From contig CDMY01000633.1 in the NCBI GenBank assembly GCA_001179505.1, forward strand, positions 1 to 38,346: a DNA stretch of 38,346 bases. Direction: 5' to 3'. Each line of letters opens with the position of its first letter. The stretch's first letter is position 1. A model generated the notes under the pieces. That model did no database searches. It had not been told where the DNA came from and saw only the letters and a list, made by a program, of their open reading frames with translations. The stretch is from Vitrella brassicaformis CCMP3155 (taxonomy: Eukaryota > Protista > Chromerida). The position numbers were made by a program, and so were the translations under genes. Below, in pieces: positions 24,955-36,276 of this stretch.

Positions 24955-25399
24955 CTGACTGACTGACTTACGGAGGGCAGACAGAGAGACACGTATGTGA
25001 GAAGAGAAGTAACTGAGATTTCGGCGTTCTTCTGTGGTCTGGACAAGTGTGTAGCCATTGCAGATCGTGTGCATGGCTGGTCTGTCAATGCAGTGAGTGA
25101 GAGGAAAGGGAAATGGACTCCCATCGACCAGCCAAAACGAGAATTGAAAACGAGACCATGGTGTCCGTCCGTCCGATCATACACACACACACGCGTCGAT
25201 GCACGCATGCCACGTCACTTGGGACAAACACACACAGACACGTCGGGAGCGCCAGTACCAGGCAGGCCTGTACAGACACGCCACATCAGCTCATCAAGTC
25301 CCTTGGAAATTTGCCCGCGTCTCCTCGCGAGGAGGGGAGCTTTCAAAAAGGCGACACACGTGTGCACTAGGGCCTCTCACACAGAGATGATGCACCTCA

Positions 25400-28300
25400 T
25401 CAGACATCATACCCCAGCGCCTTGGCCACAGTGACCATATCCTTGTCGCCACGGCCGCACAAGTTGAGCTGCAACACACACATACAGAGAGCGCGAGAGA
25501 GAGAACGAGATTCGTTGCTGATATGTGGAGAGCGTTCTTCGTTAGTCTCCCTCACCAGCACGATGTGGTCCTTGGGCAGGTCCTTGGCCATCTTGATCAC
25601 GTAAGCGATGGCATGAGCCGGCTCCAGCGCCTGACGAACGGTCAAGACGACACACATAGACAGACCGTTTGTCATCCGACCATCCATTCCATCCACTGAC
25701 TGCTACGCTACGCTGCCTACCGGAATGATGCCTTCAGTCCTGGAGCAGGTCTGTATGGCGTTGAGTGCCTCCTTGTCGGTCACCCACACGTACTCGGCCC
25801 GCCCGCTGTCCTTGAGGGCTGCGTGCTGCGGGCCGACGGCAGGGTAGTCCAGGCCGGCGGAGATCGAGTGGGTCTCGATGATCTGCCCGTGGACGTCCTG
25901 CAGCAAATAGGTCCTGTTGCCGTGAAGCACACCCGGCTTGCCTGAGCCGCCACACACACACACACACACACACACGCGCATACACGTGTGCAAAGAATGT
26001 GCACGTGTGTCTGTCCGCCTTGACGACGCACCTCCCGATAGCGTGGCAGAGTGTTTGGGGTTGTCGCCAACGGGTCCCGTTTCGCCGCCGGCCTCCACAC
26101 CGATGAGCTTGACGCTCTTGTCGTCCAGGAAGGGGGCGAACATGCCGATGGCGTTGGACCCGCCGCCCACACACGCCACTATGGTGTCGGGGAGACGCCC
26201 GGGGCCGCACCCATTGGCGAAGGGACCCTCCCTCAGCATCTGGGCACGGGCCTCACGACCTGAGATGGACGAAGGCAAAGGGGCGATGCGTGAGTGAATG
26301 GATGGCCTGGCAGGGAGTGGCCTTGTGTGTGCTTGGTGTGTTTGCGTACGTACCGATGACGGCTTGGAATTCCCTGACGATGTCCGGGAATGGGTGGGGG
26401 CCGATGGCCGAGCCGATGATGTAGTGGGTGGTGCGGATGTTGGTCACCCACTGTCATGACACACCCACACACACAGACGTACATCCGACATGCGTGTGTC
26501 TGTGTCTGTGTTGGGATTCCTTACGTCTCGGAGTGCCTCGTTGACGGCGTCCTTGAGCGTCTGTGAGCCGCATGTGACGGGGACGACCTGTGCGCCGAGC
26601 ATCTTCATGCGGAACACATTGAGCTTCTGGCGCTCCACGTCAACCGCACCCATGTACACGATACACTCCAACCTGCACACCACACAAGACAACAACCAAC
26701 GGCAACAGATTAATGGATGCAGTGGTGAGGTGTATGGTATGGCCGTGGTGTGCGTGTCCGCGTCTGAGGCTCACCCGAAGTGCGCGCATACGGTGGCTGT
26801 GGCGACGCCATGCTGACCGGCACCCGTCTCGGCGATGATGCGCTTCTTGCCCAGACGTATCGCCAGCAGCGCCTGACCCACCGCATTGTTGATCTGATCA
26901 CACAGCACAGCAGAGGGGGGAGGGGAACAAGACAACAGTCCACAAGAAGTCAGTCATCCACGCCAAGTCCTGGCCAGCCCTTTCCCCTCCTCCAGGCTCT
27001 CACCTTGTGTGCCCCGGTGTGTGCGAGCTCCTCTCTCTTGAACCAGATCTGCGCCCCGCCCACATGGTCCGTCAGCCGCTGGGCAAAGTAGAGTGGCGTT
27101 GGCCCTCCGATGAACTCCCTCCTGTATCGCGCCACCTCCGCCAGGAACTCCGGGCTGGCCATGGCTTCCTTGAAGGCCGCCTCCAGCTGCTCGTGCGCCT
27201 GCATCAGCGTCTCGGGGATATAACGGCCACCGAACTCGCCAAAACACCACTTGGACGGGTCGGTGGGCGACTGGGGGGCGACGCCGTTGGCTGCCATCGG
27301 TGGCTGACCGTTGGCGAGGGCTGCGGTTCGCGCCGCGTGTGCCTTGAGATCGGTGCACACGGCCTCGATGGCTGCGCACCGCTCGGCGACGCCAGAGCTC
27401 CCCTTGGCGGCCACGCCCTCTATGGCGTTGACGAGGGCTGAGCCGACGACGAAGCCATCAGTGCCCAGAGAGGCCAGCCGCTCCACATGCTCGCCCCTGA
27501 AGACATATTGAGAAGGGTAAACAAACGTGTCGGCTGCTGTCTTGCTGGATGTGTTGCTGTCTGTCTGTCTGTCTGTCTGTCTGTCTCACTTGGATATTCC
27601 GAATCCGACAGCGACGGGCAGTTTGGTGAATTGCCTGATGATGCTGAGAGTGTCCTTGAGATCGGCGGTGATCCTGTTCCACGTGTCGGCGTCGCGGGTG
27701 CCCGTCACACCCGTCAGCGACACACAATAGATGAACGATGACGCCGCTGCCGCCAACTGACATATCACATGTGACGATCTGTGTGTGCGTGTGTGTCTTG
27801 TCTTTTTGTGTTTGTGTTGTGTCGTGTGTACCTGCTGCACACGGGCCTGTGTGCTGGTGGGTGCGATCAGTGGTATGAATGAGAGGTCGGACGCCTTGCA
27901 GTGTCCCAAGAAGGCCACGGCGTCCTCAGGCGGCAGGTCCACAACGATGAAGCCGTCGACGCCCACCTGAGCGGAGCGCTCGCACACCGACTGCAGCCCG
28001 TAGGCCAGCAGGGGGTTGTAATATGTCATCAACACAACCTGACAGCACGGACGGACGGACGGAGAAGCAGCCAGTGCAGACAGGCAGACGGATGGATGGA
28101 TGGATGGACGGATGGACGCAGATGCAGGGCAGAGTGATTGGCAATACAATACAATACAATAAATGCCATTCCTACCGGTGTGGTGAGTCCCTTGGCGCGT
28201 GCCTTGGTGACCATATCGAAGCAGTCGTCGATGTTGGTGTCGTTGCCCCGCTGCAACGCAACAGTGCTTGCACGCTGAATCGTCGGACCATCTAGACCGA

Positions 28301-28664
28301 CACAGACCGACACACACAGAGGAAGTAAGTCATGGGCCAGGGTCTATCCGTGTGTTTCCACGGTCCTTCGCCTACCCGCCAGGGGGTCCGAGAATGGGAT
28401 GCCGAGTTCGATGACGTCGGCGCCGCCCCGCTGCAGCGCCAGCATGGCATCCACCGTCACAGCCTTGCTGTCAAACCCAGCTGCATACACCACACACACA
28501 TCACACATCACACAGAGCCCACCTTCGTGTGTGTGGGTGCTGTGTGTCTGTGCTGCTGTGCTGCTGTGCTGCTGTGCTACCGTACCTGTGAGGTATGCGA
28601 CGAATGCCGTCTGGCCGGCCTGCTTGGCCCTCTCGAAGGCGTCGAGGAGCGACTGCACGGGCAT
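25400..28664 (-). CDS. TRP5: Bifunctional tryptophan synthase, alpha-beta fusion, about 707 aa, 13 exons
   Basis: Exons 28586-28664, 28376-28480, 28176-28291, 27832-28038, 27590-27756, 27004-27496, 26775-26893, 26525-26672, 26354-26450, 26032-26259, 25721-25941, 25556-25630, 25400-25468 (2124 nt). Alpha motifs [13 protein letters not shown]|DGPTIQ, VDLPPE, VGFGIS; beta motifs [14 protein letters not shown]|INN (PLP lysine), [31 protein letters not shown]. An in-frame upstream ATG at 28910 is possible. Confidence 0.97.
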
Positions 28665-29022
28665 GATGATCTGGTGATCTATCGACTGCGGGCTGCTGAT
28701 ATGGACTGGAGCGGAGGCAGAGCTGGGACGAATGGACGAACTGATGAGCGGATGAGCTGATGAGCTGTGAAAGTGCTGAGAGTTGAGACGACTTGGTGGT
28801 AGATCTGCTTCACGAGCTGATGTGGCTGCTGTTTGCGAGTGCTCCACACTCCTCAAACCTTCAGCCGTCCTTCGAGGAGAGGTGCGAGCTGTGAGAGCGA
28901 TCTCTCTCATCTCCCGCGCTCTTCTACGGTTCTCCAGGGCTTGCTACAGCCTTTTGCTTCTGTTAATCAGTGTCGAGGGGTGCCTGCCGAGTTTGTTTAT
29001 TCCTCGACTATAAAGTAATGAA
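28665..29022. promoter_or_regulatory. Probable bidirectional promoter between tryptophan synthase and FHIT
   Basis: Short, lower-GC interval between divergent start codons; TATAAA at 29009-29014; GAGCTG repeats at 28754-28767. Inferred from position only. Confidence 0.45.
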
Positions 29023-29965
29023 ATGCTTCCGGCCTTCGGCAGTGCGGTGTCCCCTATGCCTCTCTTTGTCGCGTTGAGGGCCTCACCCATCGCTCAGCGG
29101 CAGTCCCGGCTCTTCACAAGAACCATGGCAAGGTGGGCACCTTCATTCCACCGTGGCTGCATGTCTGTCTGTCTGTGTGTCTGACTGTCTGTGCGCAGGC
29201 ATTCGTTCAGAGAGCATCTCGGCACGTCGGAGATGGCCGATTCCTACCCCTTCGGCGACTTCCGCATTGCAAAGGAGAATGTCTTCTTCTGGAGCCCTCG
29301 AAGCATAGCTTTTGTCAACCTCAAACCCATCCTCAGCGGCCACGTGCTCGTCACACCAAGAGCCGTCAAGAAGGTGCGATGCGATGCGATTGGCCCATCC
29401 CATAATGCTCGCCGCCCCTCTCCATTGCTCGCGTGTCGATTTGCTTGTCGTGTGGCGTCAGAGGTTTCGGGATTTGGATGCTGACGAAGTGGCTGACCTG
29501 TGGCAGAGTGTGCAGAAGGTGGCCATGTTGATGGAGCGGCACCACGGTGCGGAGGCCATGACGATGGCCATCCAAGACGGCGAGGCAGCCGGCATGACAG
29601 TGGCGCACTGTCACGTCCACATCATCCCAAGGCACAGGGGCGACTTCAGCAAGAACGATGAGATCTACGACGCACTGGATAACGCCAACATCGGCCAGGC
29701 GGCCCGTGAGGCCCAGTCGCCCTCGTCTCAGTCGTCGACGCAGATGAGCCAGCAGCACCACCACCATGGTGTGGCGCCCGACCCCCAACCAGAGCAGCAA
29801 ACGAGACGGTGGGAGGGGGAGAGGATTGGTTATTCCCTGTCCGTGATATTGGTGTTGATGTGGGTGTTATGCAGGACGAGGACACGTGAGGAGATGGCTG
29901 CTGAGGCTGCTGAGCTGAGGGAGGTCGTTAGGAGGGCCGCGGAGCACCCAGAGGCCTTCGGTTGA
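29023..29965 (+). CDS. FHIT: Fhit-branch HIT hydrolase (bis(5'-adenosyl)-triphosphatase), up to 240 aa, 4 exons
   Basis: Exons 29023-29132, 29199-29373, 29462-29808, 29875-29965 (723 nt). Motifs FVNLKPILSGHVLV, AIQDG, HIT triad HCHVHII (29606-29626), GDFSKNDEIY, C-terminal RTREEMAAEAAELR. Alternative ATGs at 29056, 29125, 29233. Confidence 0.93.
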
Positions 29966-30112
29966 GTATGTTTCTACTGCAGAGAGGAGCCAATTCCTGA
30001 ATGCGAGTGCAGACACGTGTGTGTAGTGTAGCACTTTGAGTGACCAACGGAGGGCGGGGCGGGGACTGCTGGGGTGAGAGTGACACTACATCGTCATGTA
30101 CTGCAATCAAGC

Positions 30113-32364
30113 GTGACGTGCCAACAGACCATGTCGTGAGGCTATCCAACGACATTTACGTGAGATGTGTCTCGTATGAACATAACATGAAATGTAATGA
30201 AAGCTACACTCGCTGGCTGGCTGGCTGACGATGGTGAGTCGGTCGACAGCTGGCATCCCCCACCATCCCATCCACCATCCACCACCTGTACATCATCTGC
30301 ACACCGTCTGATCTCCTCAATTGTCCGTCTGCACGTGGGCTACGATGGTCTTCTCGGGCTCACTGCGGCAGGAAGGGCATCTCATCACCGCATACCGACG
30401 CACCTCCTCAGGCACCGGCTGGCCCGCCCCCTCCAGCCGCTCCTTCTCGGCCTTGGCCCTCTCGTGTCTGCCCTTCCACTGCTGCCAGCAATCGGCACAC
30501 AGGCACAGGTGGCCACAGGGATAGAACAGCACTGTGGGCGGGCTGTCGTTGCAGATCCCGCAGATGGGACGGGGAGGGGGCGGCGGTGCCGCAGCAGCAG
30601 AGGCGGCCGCTGCTTCCCTGTCCTCCAGCCGACCCTCCATCTTGCTGGCCTCTCTCGCCAGTGCCCGCAGTGCCTCCCTGGCCTTGGTGATGTCGCGCTT
30701 GAAGGCCTCCACATCTTCAGGGGAGCGGAGGGATGACAGCCGGTGCTCCGTGAGGCTGCACACACGCAACAAGGAGGCCTTGGCGGCGAAGTTTGTGTGC
30801 GTGTCTGTCTACCCACCCTGTGAGTGCTCTCTGTAGCAGGCGGTCATGTTGCTGTTGGAGTGTTTGCGTCTTCGCCTCGACTGCCGCAGTCGCCTCCGTC
30901 ACCGTCGAGATGTCCGCCTCCAGCCTACAGGAGAGCCAAGGGGCAGTATGAACACACTCAATTGCTCGTTAGTACGTGTGTGTGCTCACTGTCGCAGCTT
31001 GGCCTTAGTGCTCTGCAGTATTTCGCGCAGCTGCCCCTCCGATGACACCGAATCGACCTCGCCAGCTATCTCGTCATGACGCGAGGACCTGAGTGGGTGC
31101 CGATCAATCACTTCTGTGTGTGTGTGTGTGTGTGTGTGGCGTCGTTACTCACCTTTGAATGCGATCGTTGTGGGACGGCAGACGGCCAAAGAGGGACCCG
31201 TTGCCGTGGCCGGCACGTGTGTCGCTGCTGCTGCTGCGGGAGATCTCGCACGCACAACAGTAGAGCTGGTCGAGCCGCTCGCCTTCGCGCGTGACCCTCT
31301 CGCCGAACTCACAGACCTCCGCTGCCGTCGTCAGGGCTTTCAACGCATCGCGAGTCAACCTGATGCACAACAGCAATCAGTAAAGATGATTCAGAGCGCT
31401 TCATTTCCATCTTTGTACGTGTCTGGCTGCTCTTGCGTGGCTTCTGTGAGTGCCCCTATGGCCGCGTTGAGCTCGTTGGTCCGTTCCATGATGGTCGAGT
31501 GCCGGTCGAGCGCCTCGCCATAAGCACGCTCCATGCTGCAAATGGGTGACATGGACACACACATGACGCAGCTTACCGTCCGCCAATCCATCCCTCGATC
31601 CTTTGCTGACCTCTGCTGCTCCTCTATAGCCCTGCACACCGCATCCCTCAGAGGCCCGAGCGACGCCGCTGCTGCTGCTGCGGGTGCGCCACTGGCGTAG
31701 CCGCCCGACGTCATCGATGAAGAGGGCGGCATGGATGGCGGGCGCACCATGGCAGCGGTGGTGGCGTCGTGCAGCGATGCAGCGATGGCCATCTGGGTCT
31801 GCGCCTCATGCTCCTCCTCATCCCCACTGCACACCCAACCCGCAAATGACACATCTGCCGTGGTGCAGATGCCTGTCTGGGGCACGCAGCGGACCTGTCG
31901 TCTCCATCTTGCTGTGGTGGTTGTTCCTTGTCGGCTGCCAGGGTGAGTGCCGGCCCAGCTCCGACCGATGCGGCCACCGGGCCACTGACCGAAGCCGAAT
32001 GGGCAGCGAGACCATGGCCCTCTCGCAACACGGCCCCCAGGCCACTGCCGGCCTGCCCAGCCGTGTCGCTGCCGTCGCCCTGCAGAGGTTTGGTGGGGGG
32101 CCGGAGAGGCTCAGCACCGGACGAACGAGAAGAGGGCCGCGTCGTGTCTGCAGAGTCGGACATGGGCCTGCACATAGAGAGGATGCAGCACGTATTAGCG
32201 AGGGGTGACAGCTTGGCTGTGTTGTGTTGTGTGTGCTGACCTCTCCTGCCGTGTGGCTATGTGATCGCCGTCAGCACCAGCGTCCTCTACGTCGCCACCA
32301 CCGTCATCATGATGCTCTACGCCGTCCTCAGCCACCGACTCAACAGACCTGCGAGAGCCAATGG
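30113..32364 (-). repeat. Inverted segmental duplication, arm B (about 2.25 kb)
   Basis: Reverse complement aligns to 16163-18462 with scattered substitutions and small indels (arm B lacks about 10 codons, PSAAFDVARN). Confidence 0.92.
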
Positions 32365-34695
32365 ACGACACACAGGGACCGACCGACATGTGCTGTGGGT
32401 AGTCTTCTATCTATCTCATCATTTACTGCGATGTAGTGCCAGCAGTCCCTGTGCCGCCCCTGCCCCTCCTATGTTTCTTGTTTCTGTTCTTCCTCTTGCC
32501 CTTCGCCTGCGTCTCGTCCTCCCCTTGTCGACCGCCAGCACGACCGTCCTCCAGCCCAGCCATCAGCCGATCCGCCCTGGCGTTCTCGCGCTCCTCCATG
32601 CTGTCAAACAGATCCAGCAACTGAAGGGGAACAAATCAGGTCATGCACACAGGTGACCCAAGCAGATGTCGCCTTTGCCGCTGCGGCGTGTAGCATGCTT
32701 ACCGTCTGCGGCGTGGCTGCGTATTGGGTGCTCTTTCTGCCTTTCGTGGGCCTGGCCTGGCGCATGTTCTTGACCTGCTCGAGCTGGGAGGACACGTGTA
32801 CAAGATTGCCAGCAAGGAGGGAGGCATCAAGCACCCACACACCAACCCACCTGAAGGACGTCATGTGTGACGGTGTTTGGCCCTCCCGACACGGCGCGCT
32901 CTCCCCACTCGACCATGTTCATCATCGCGGTCTTGAACCAGGCAAAGAACCTCTCGACGCAGAATCTTGGCGCCTCGCCGAGGTGGTGTCTCACGACGCG
33001 GGTCACCAGGTGGCACATGAAGCGCGGAACACCACCGTCAACGGCTACCTGGGATACACAGGATGGATGAAGTCATCGATCGGCTGCACTCACTCGTGGT
33101 GGTGATTCACCTACCTTGGCGTAGTTGGCGTCTTCCAGCGACCCAACGATGCTGGGCAGCAGGTCAATGGCCATGATGTGCCCATCCAGGTTGACGATGG
33201 TGCTGATGCATCCCGACTCAAACACCGCGGTGCGATGGCCGATGTCTGCATCCCAAGAAACAAGAGCAAACCTGCACACGAGTGGGAAGCTTTTTCCATA
33301 CCGCCCACTCACCTGAGAAAGTCGCCGCCACTTCGAGTGCACACCAGGAGGCATTGTCTCTGCCAACGTCCTGCTTGGTATTCGGGTCAACCAATATCGC
33401 CTGCGATGGCCCCTTCCTGATGACCTTGTTCAAACGCTTCAGTGCCGAAGGGTTGGCGTGGAAAGTCTGCACCGGCCCGTCAGCGATGGATGCGACCTGG
33501 CGGGCGGCCCCCTCCACACCTGCACGACACAGACGCAGCACGGAACAGAGGAAAAGATAGATATCTATCTGTCCATTTGTATTGCGGCCTGCCCTCCGAA
33601 CCCTTCGACTTTACGAAGAGGAGCTGGCCAAAGCGGAAGATATAGCCGCAGAGGACAGCGGCGGCAAAGCGGTGGTCTTGCGAGGCATCTCGGGAGGTCA
33701 AGACGGTCACCAGGTGATCGGTATGACAGAAGATGTGATCACGGATGGCCTGGAGGTGCTCGTCGCGAACCTCACTGGCACCTGACAGATGGAGAACCAC
33801 ACGAACACGTACGTCAGTCCTCCTACCCACCCAACCATCGAATTTGTGGTCGGCTCCACTGACCTGCGCCCGCCAGTTTGACGTCCTGGTGAACTGTCGC
33901 TAAGAGATTCGTTGAGAAGTAGCGTAGCTCCTGCTCTTCCATCGCCGACTTGACCACTGCACCAAACAGCGGCATCCACACTGTGGGGCTCGGGGTTGGC
34001 GTCTTGAGGCCATCATGCGGTCGGATCATCATGTACATGAAGGTACTCGCGTCGTCGTCCCTAAGGATGGAGATCGCCCTGCTGACCGCCCTCGGATGCT
34101 GCTCGATCAGTCCGTTGCGCAGCCGCCCCACAGCCTGATGCCCTGTCTGCTCCGGGACCGACGCACTCGTATCCGCCACCACCTGCAGCGCCTGCCAGAG
34201 GATCCGGAAGCATGTCGCTGCCGTCCTGTTGGATAGCGTGTCGTTGCCCGTCACAATACGAGCAATGCGGTTGCAGAGGGTGGCAGCAGAGCCGACGGCT
34301 GCAACGAGCTTGAGGGTCGCCATGAGGAGAGAGGTGTCATTAGGGAAGGAGGACTTGTGCAGTAGGGCGTCGAGGACAACCTCGGCGTCATGGTGGCGTG
34401 TTGCGTGACTCACATCCTCAAAGGCAGCGAGCAGCAGTCGCAGGAATGGCTGATGGCCCAGAAGTTTTGTAGCCCAAGCATCATGCGCGGTGTGGCAAGC
34501 TTGTTGCGCACGAGGGAGAGCGTAGTAGCTGCAGCAACAAACCCCCCGCGCATAGTCCGCCAGCACCTCCAAGGTGCGATCAAACGAATCCGCATTGTCG
34601 AGGTCCAGTCCTGCCAGCAGGTCTTCCACGCTGCCCAGCACGCTACCGAGGGCCTCTGTCGGGCTGGCTGGTGTAGAGGAAGGTGCGCTCGCCAT
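30317..34695 (-). CDS. ARM-like repeat + UIM-like + coiled-coil + C-terminal RING protein, copy B (paralog of 13291-18232)
   Basis: 5' exons 33864-34695, 33602-33781, 33313-33519, 33115-33245, 32851-33048, 32703-32783, 32427-32620, then eight exons equivalent to copy A ending at TGA 30317; phase-consistent, no lesions seen. Confidence 0.8.
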
Positions 34696-35082
34696 GCCTG
34701 CACAAGCCGCTGAGGGCCGCTGCGAGATGGATGAGTTGTGATGGCTTGTTAACCCATGGATGGCTCAACCGTCTTCAACAGAGGATGGAAGGCTCTCCTC
34801 TCATCCCCATCCCTTCTGCCGCTCTTCCCGGGATCGCACCAGCTCGCCTCCCTGAGCTCGTGCTTGGCTTCGAAGCAACTGAAGGAGGGCAGTATGTTTA
34901 TTCTACTCAAGGAAGACGGGCGCCACTGACGCACAGTCGCTGGGCCAAGCAACGTTCCCGCCTGCGCCCCCTCTCTCCCTCTACTGAAGCCGCCGTCGTC
35001 AGCGAGCGGCATTTGTTCGTGCCTGAGAGCCTGAGTCAGCCCCCTTAGCTGCCCCGTCATCGGTGAGGTGCGTCTGGCGGCC

Positions 35083-36238
35083 ATGGGTATCCTTCGAAGC
35101 GACACGATGAAGCACGGCACTTTGGTGCTGCCGTCGGAGCGTGCGCGTCACTTCATCGACCTGCTGGGGCGCAAGGCCAACGTGCAGTTTGTCGACATGA
35201 ACGAGCGGACGATGCGGCGTCAGTACAAGCGGTACATCCAGCGGCTGGAGGAGATGGAGCGCATCCTGCGCTTCCTGCATGAGGAGATCGCCAGGCACGA
35301 GTTCAACGTCACCAAGGGGTCCGTCGAGGCCTTCCTCGAGAGCGACACCGAGACCTACCAGCTCGACCAGGTCGAGGACAGCCTCAAGCGGCTGTACGAG
35401 CAGTTCTCCCGGTTCAAGGAGAACAACAGCGACCTGCTGACGGAGAAGAACAACGCCATAGAGGAGAAATACGTGGCCATGGCCGCACTCGCATCGCTCC
35501 ACGAGGGGGGCGTCATGGGCGGCGTCGGCACCATGCCCACACGCCGACAGACCGAGCACGCCACGCAGTCGCTGCTGCAGGCGCACATCGAGGCCCCCCA
35601 CCTGGTCGACGACACCATGGCCTTCAGCAACATCGCTGGCGTCATCAACCAGGCCGACCAGGAGCGCTTTGCGAGGACGCTGTTCCGCGTCACCCGTGGC
35701 AACACCTTCACCCACTTCCAGATGATTAATGACAAGATCTACGACGCCAAGACCGGCAAGGAGGTCGCCAAGTCCGTCTTTGTCGTCTACTACCAGGTAT
35801 GTAAGCAGCAGCGAGGGAGGGAGCGGGCAACAACCACACCTGCAGGCACCCGAATCGTTCACCTCTCTGCCTGTCTGTCTGGCTGTGTGTGTGTCCATCC
35901 ATCAGGGTGCGGAGAGCAGCGCCATGTACGAGAAGCTGACCAAGGTGTGCAACGCCTTCGGCGTGTCCATGTACCCCTGGCCAGCATCGTACAACGACGC
36001 CGTCTCGCGCATCGAGGACCTGACCACGACCATCGAGGACAAGGCCAAGGCGTTGGACGCGTTTGAGCAGTACATCCTCGGTGAGATCCGCGACCTACTG
36101 GAGGTGCCGGGGGGCCCGCCGCCCGAGGGGGCCGACCTGGAGGAGCTCAGGAGCTCGCGCATCGAGGAGTGGCGCCTCTTCTGCCAGAAGGAGAAATCCA
36201 TCTACGCCACGCTCAATATGTTTGAGGTCAGCAACACA

Positions 36239-36276
<38 letters not shown>

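Noticed and set aside
28665-28910. 82-aa upstream in-frame extension of tryptophan synthase as a plastid-targeting leader
   Set aside because: No hydrophobic signal peptide as needed for bipartite targeting; ATG 28664 matches the usual alpha-subunit start. Left as an unresolved alternative start.
16163-32364. Plastid-like quadripartite inverted-repeat genome
   Set aside because: Arms are not identical, contain no rRNA genes, and are halves of intron-containing nuclear paralogs.
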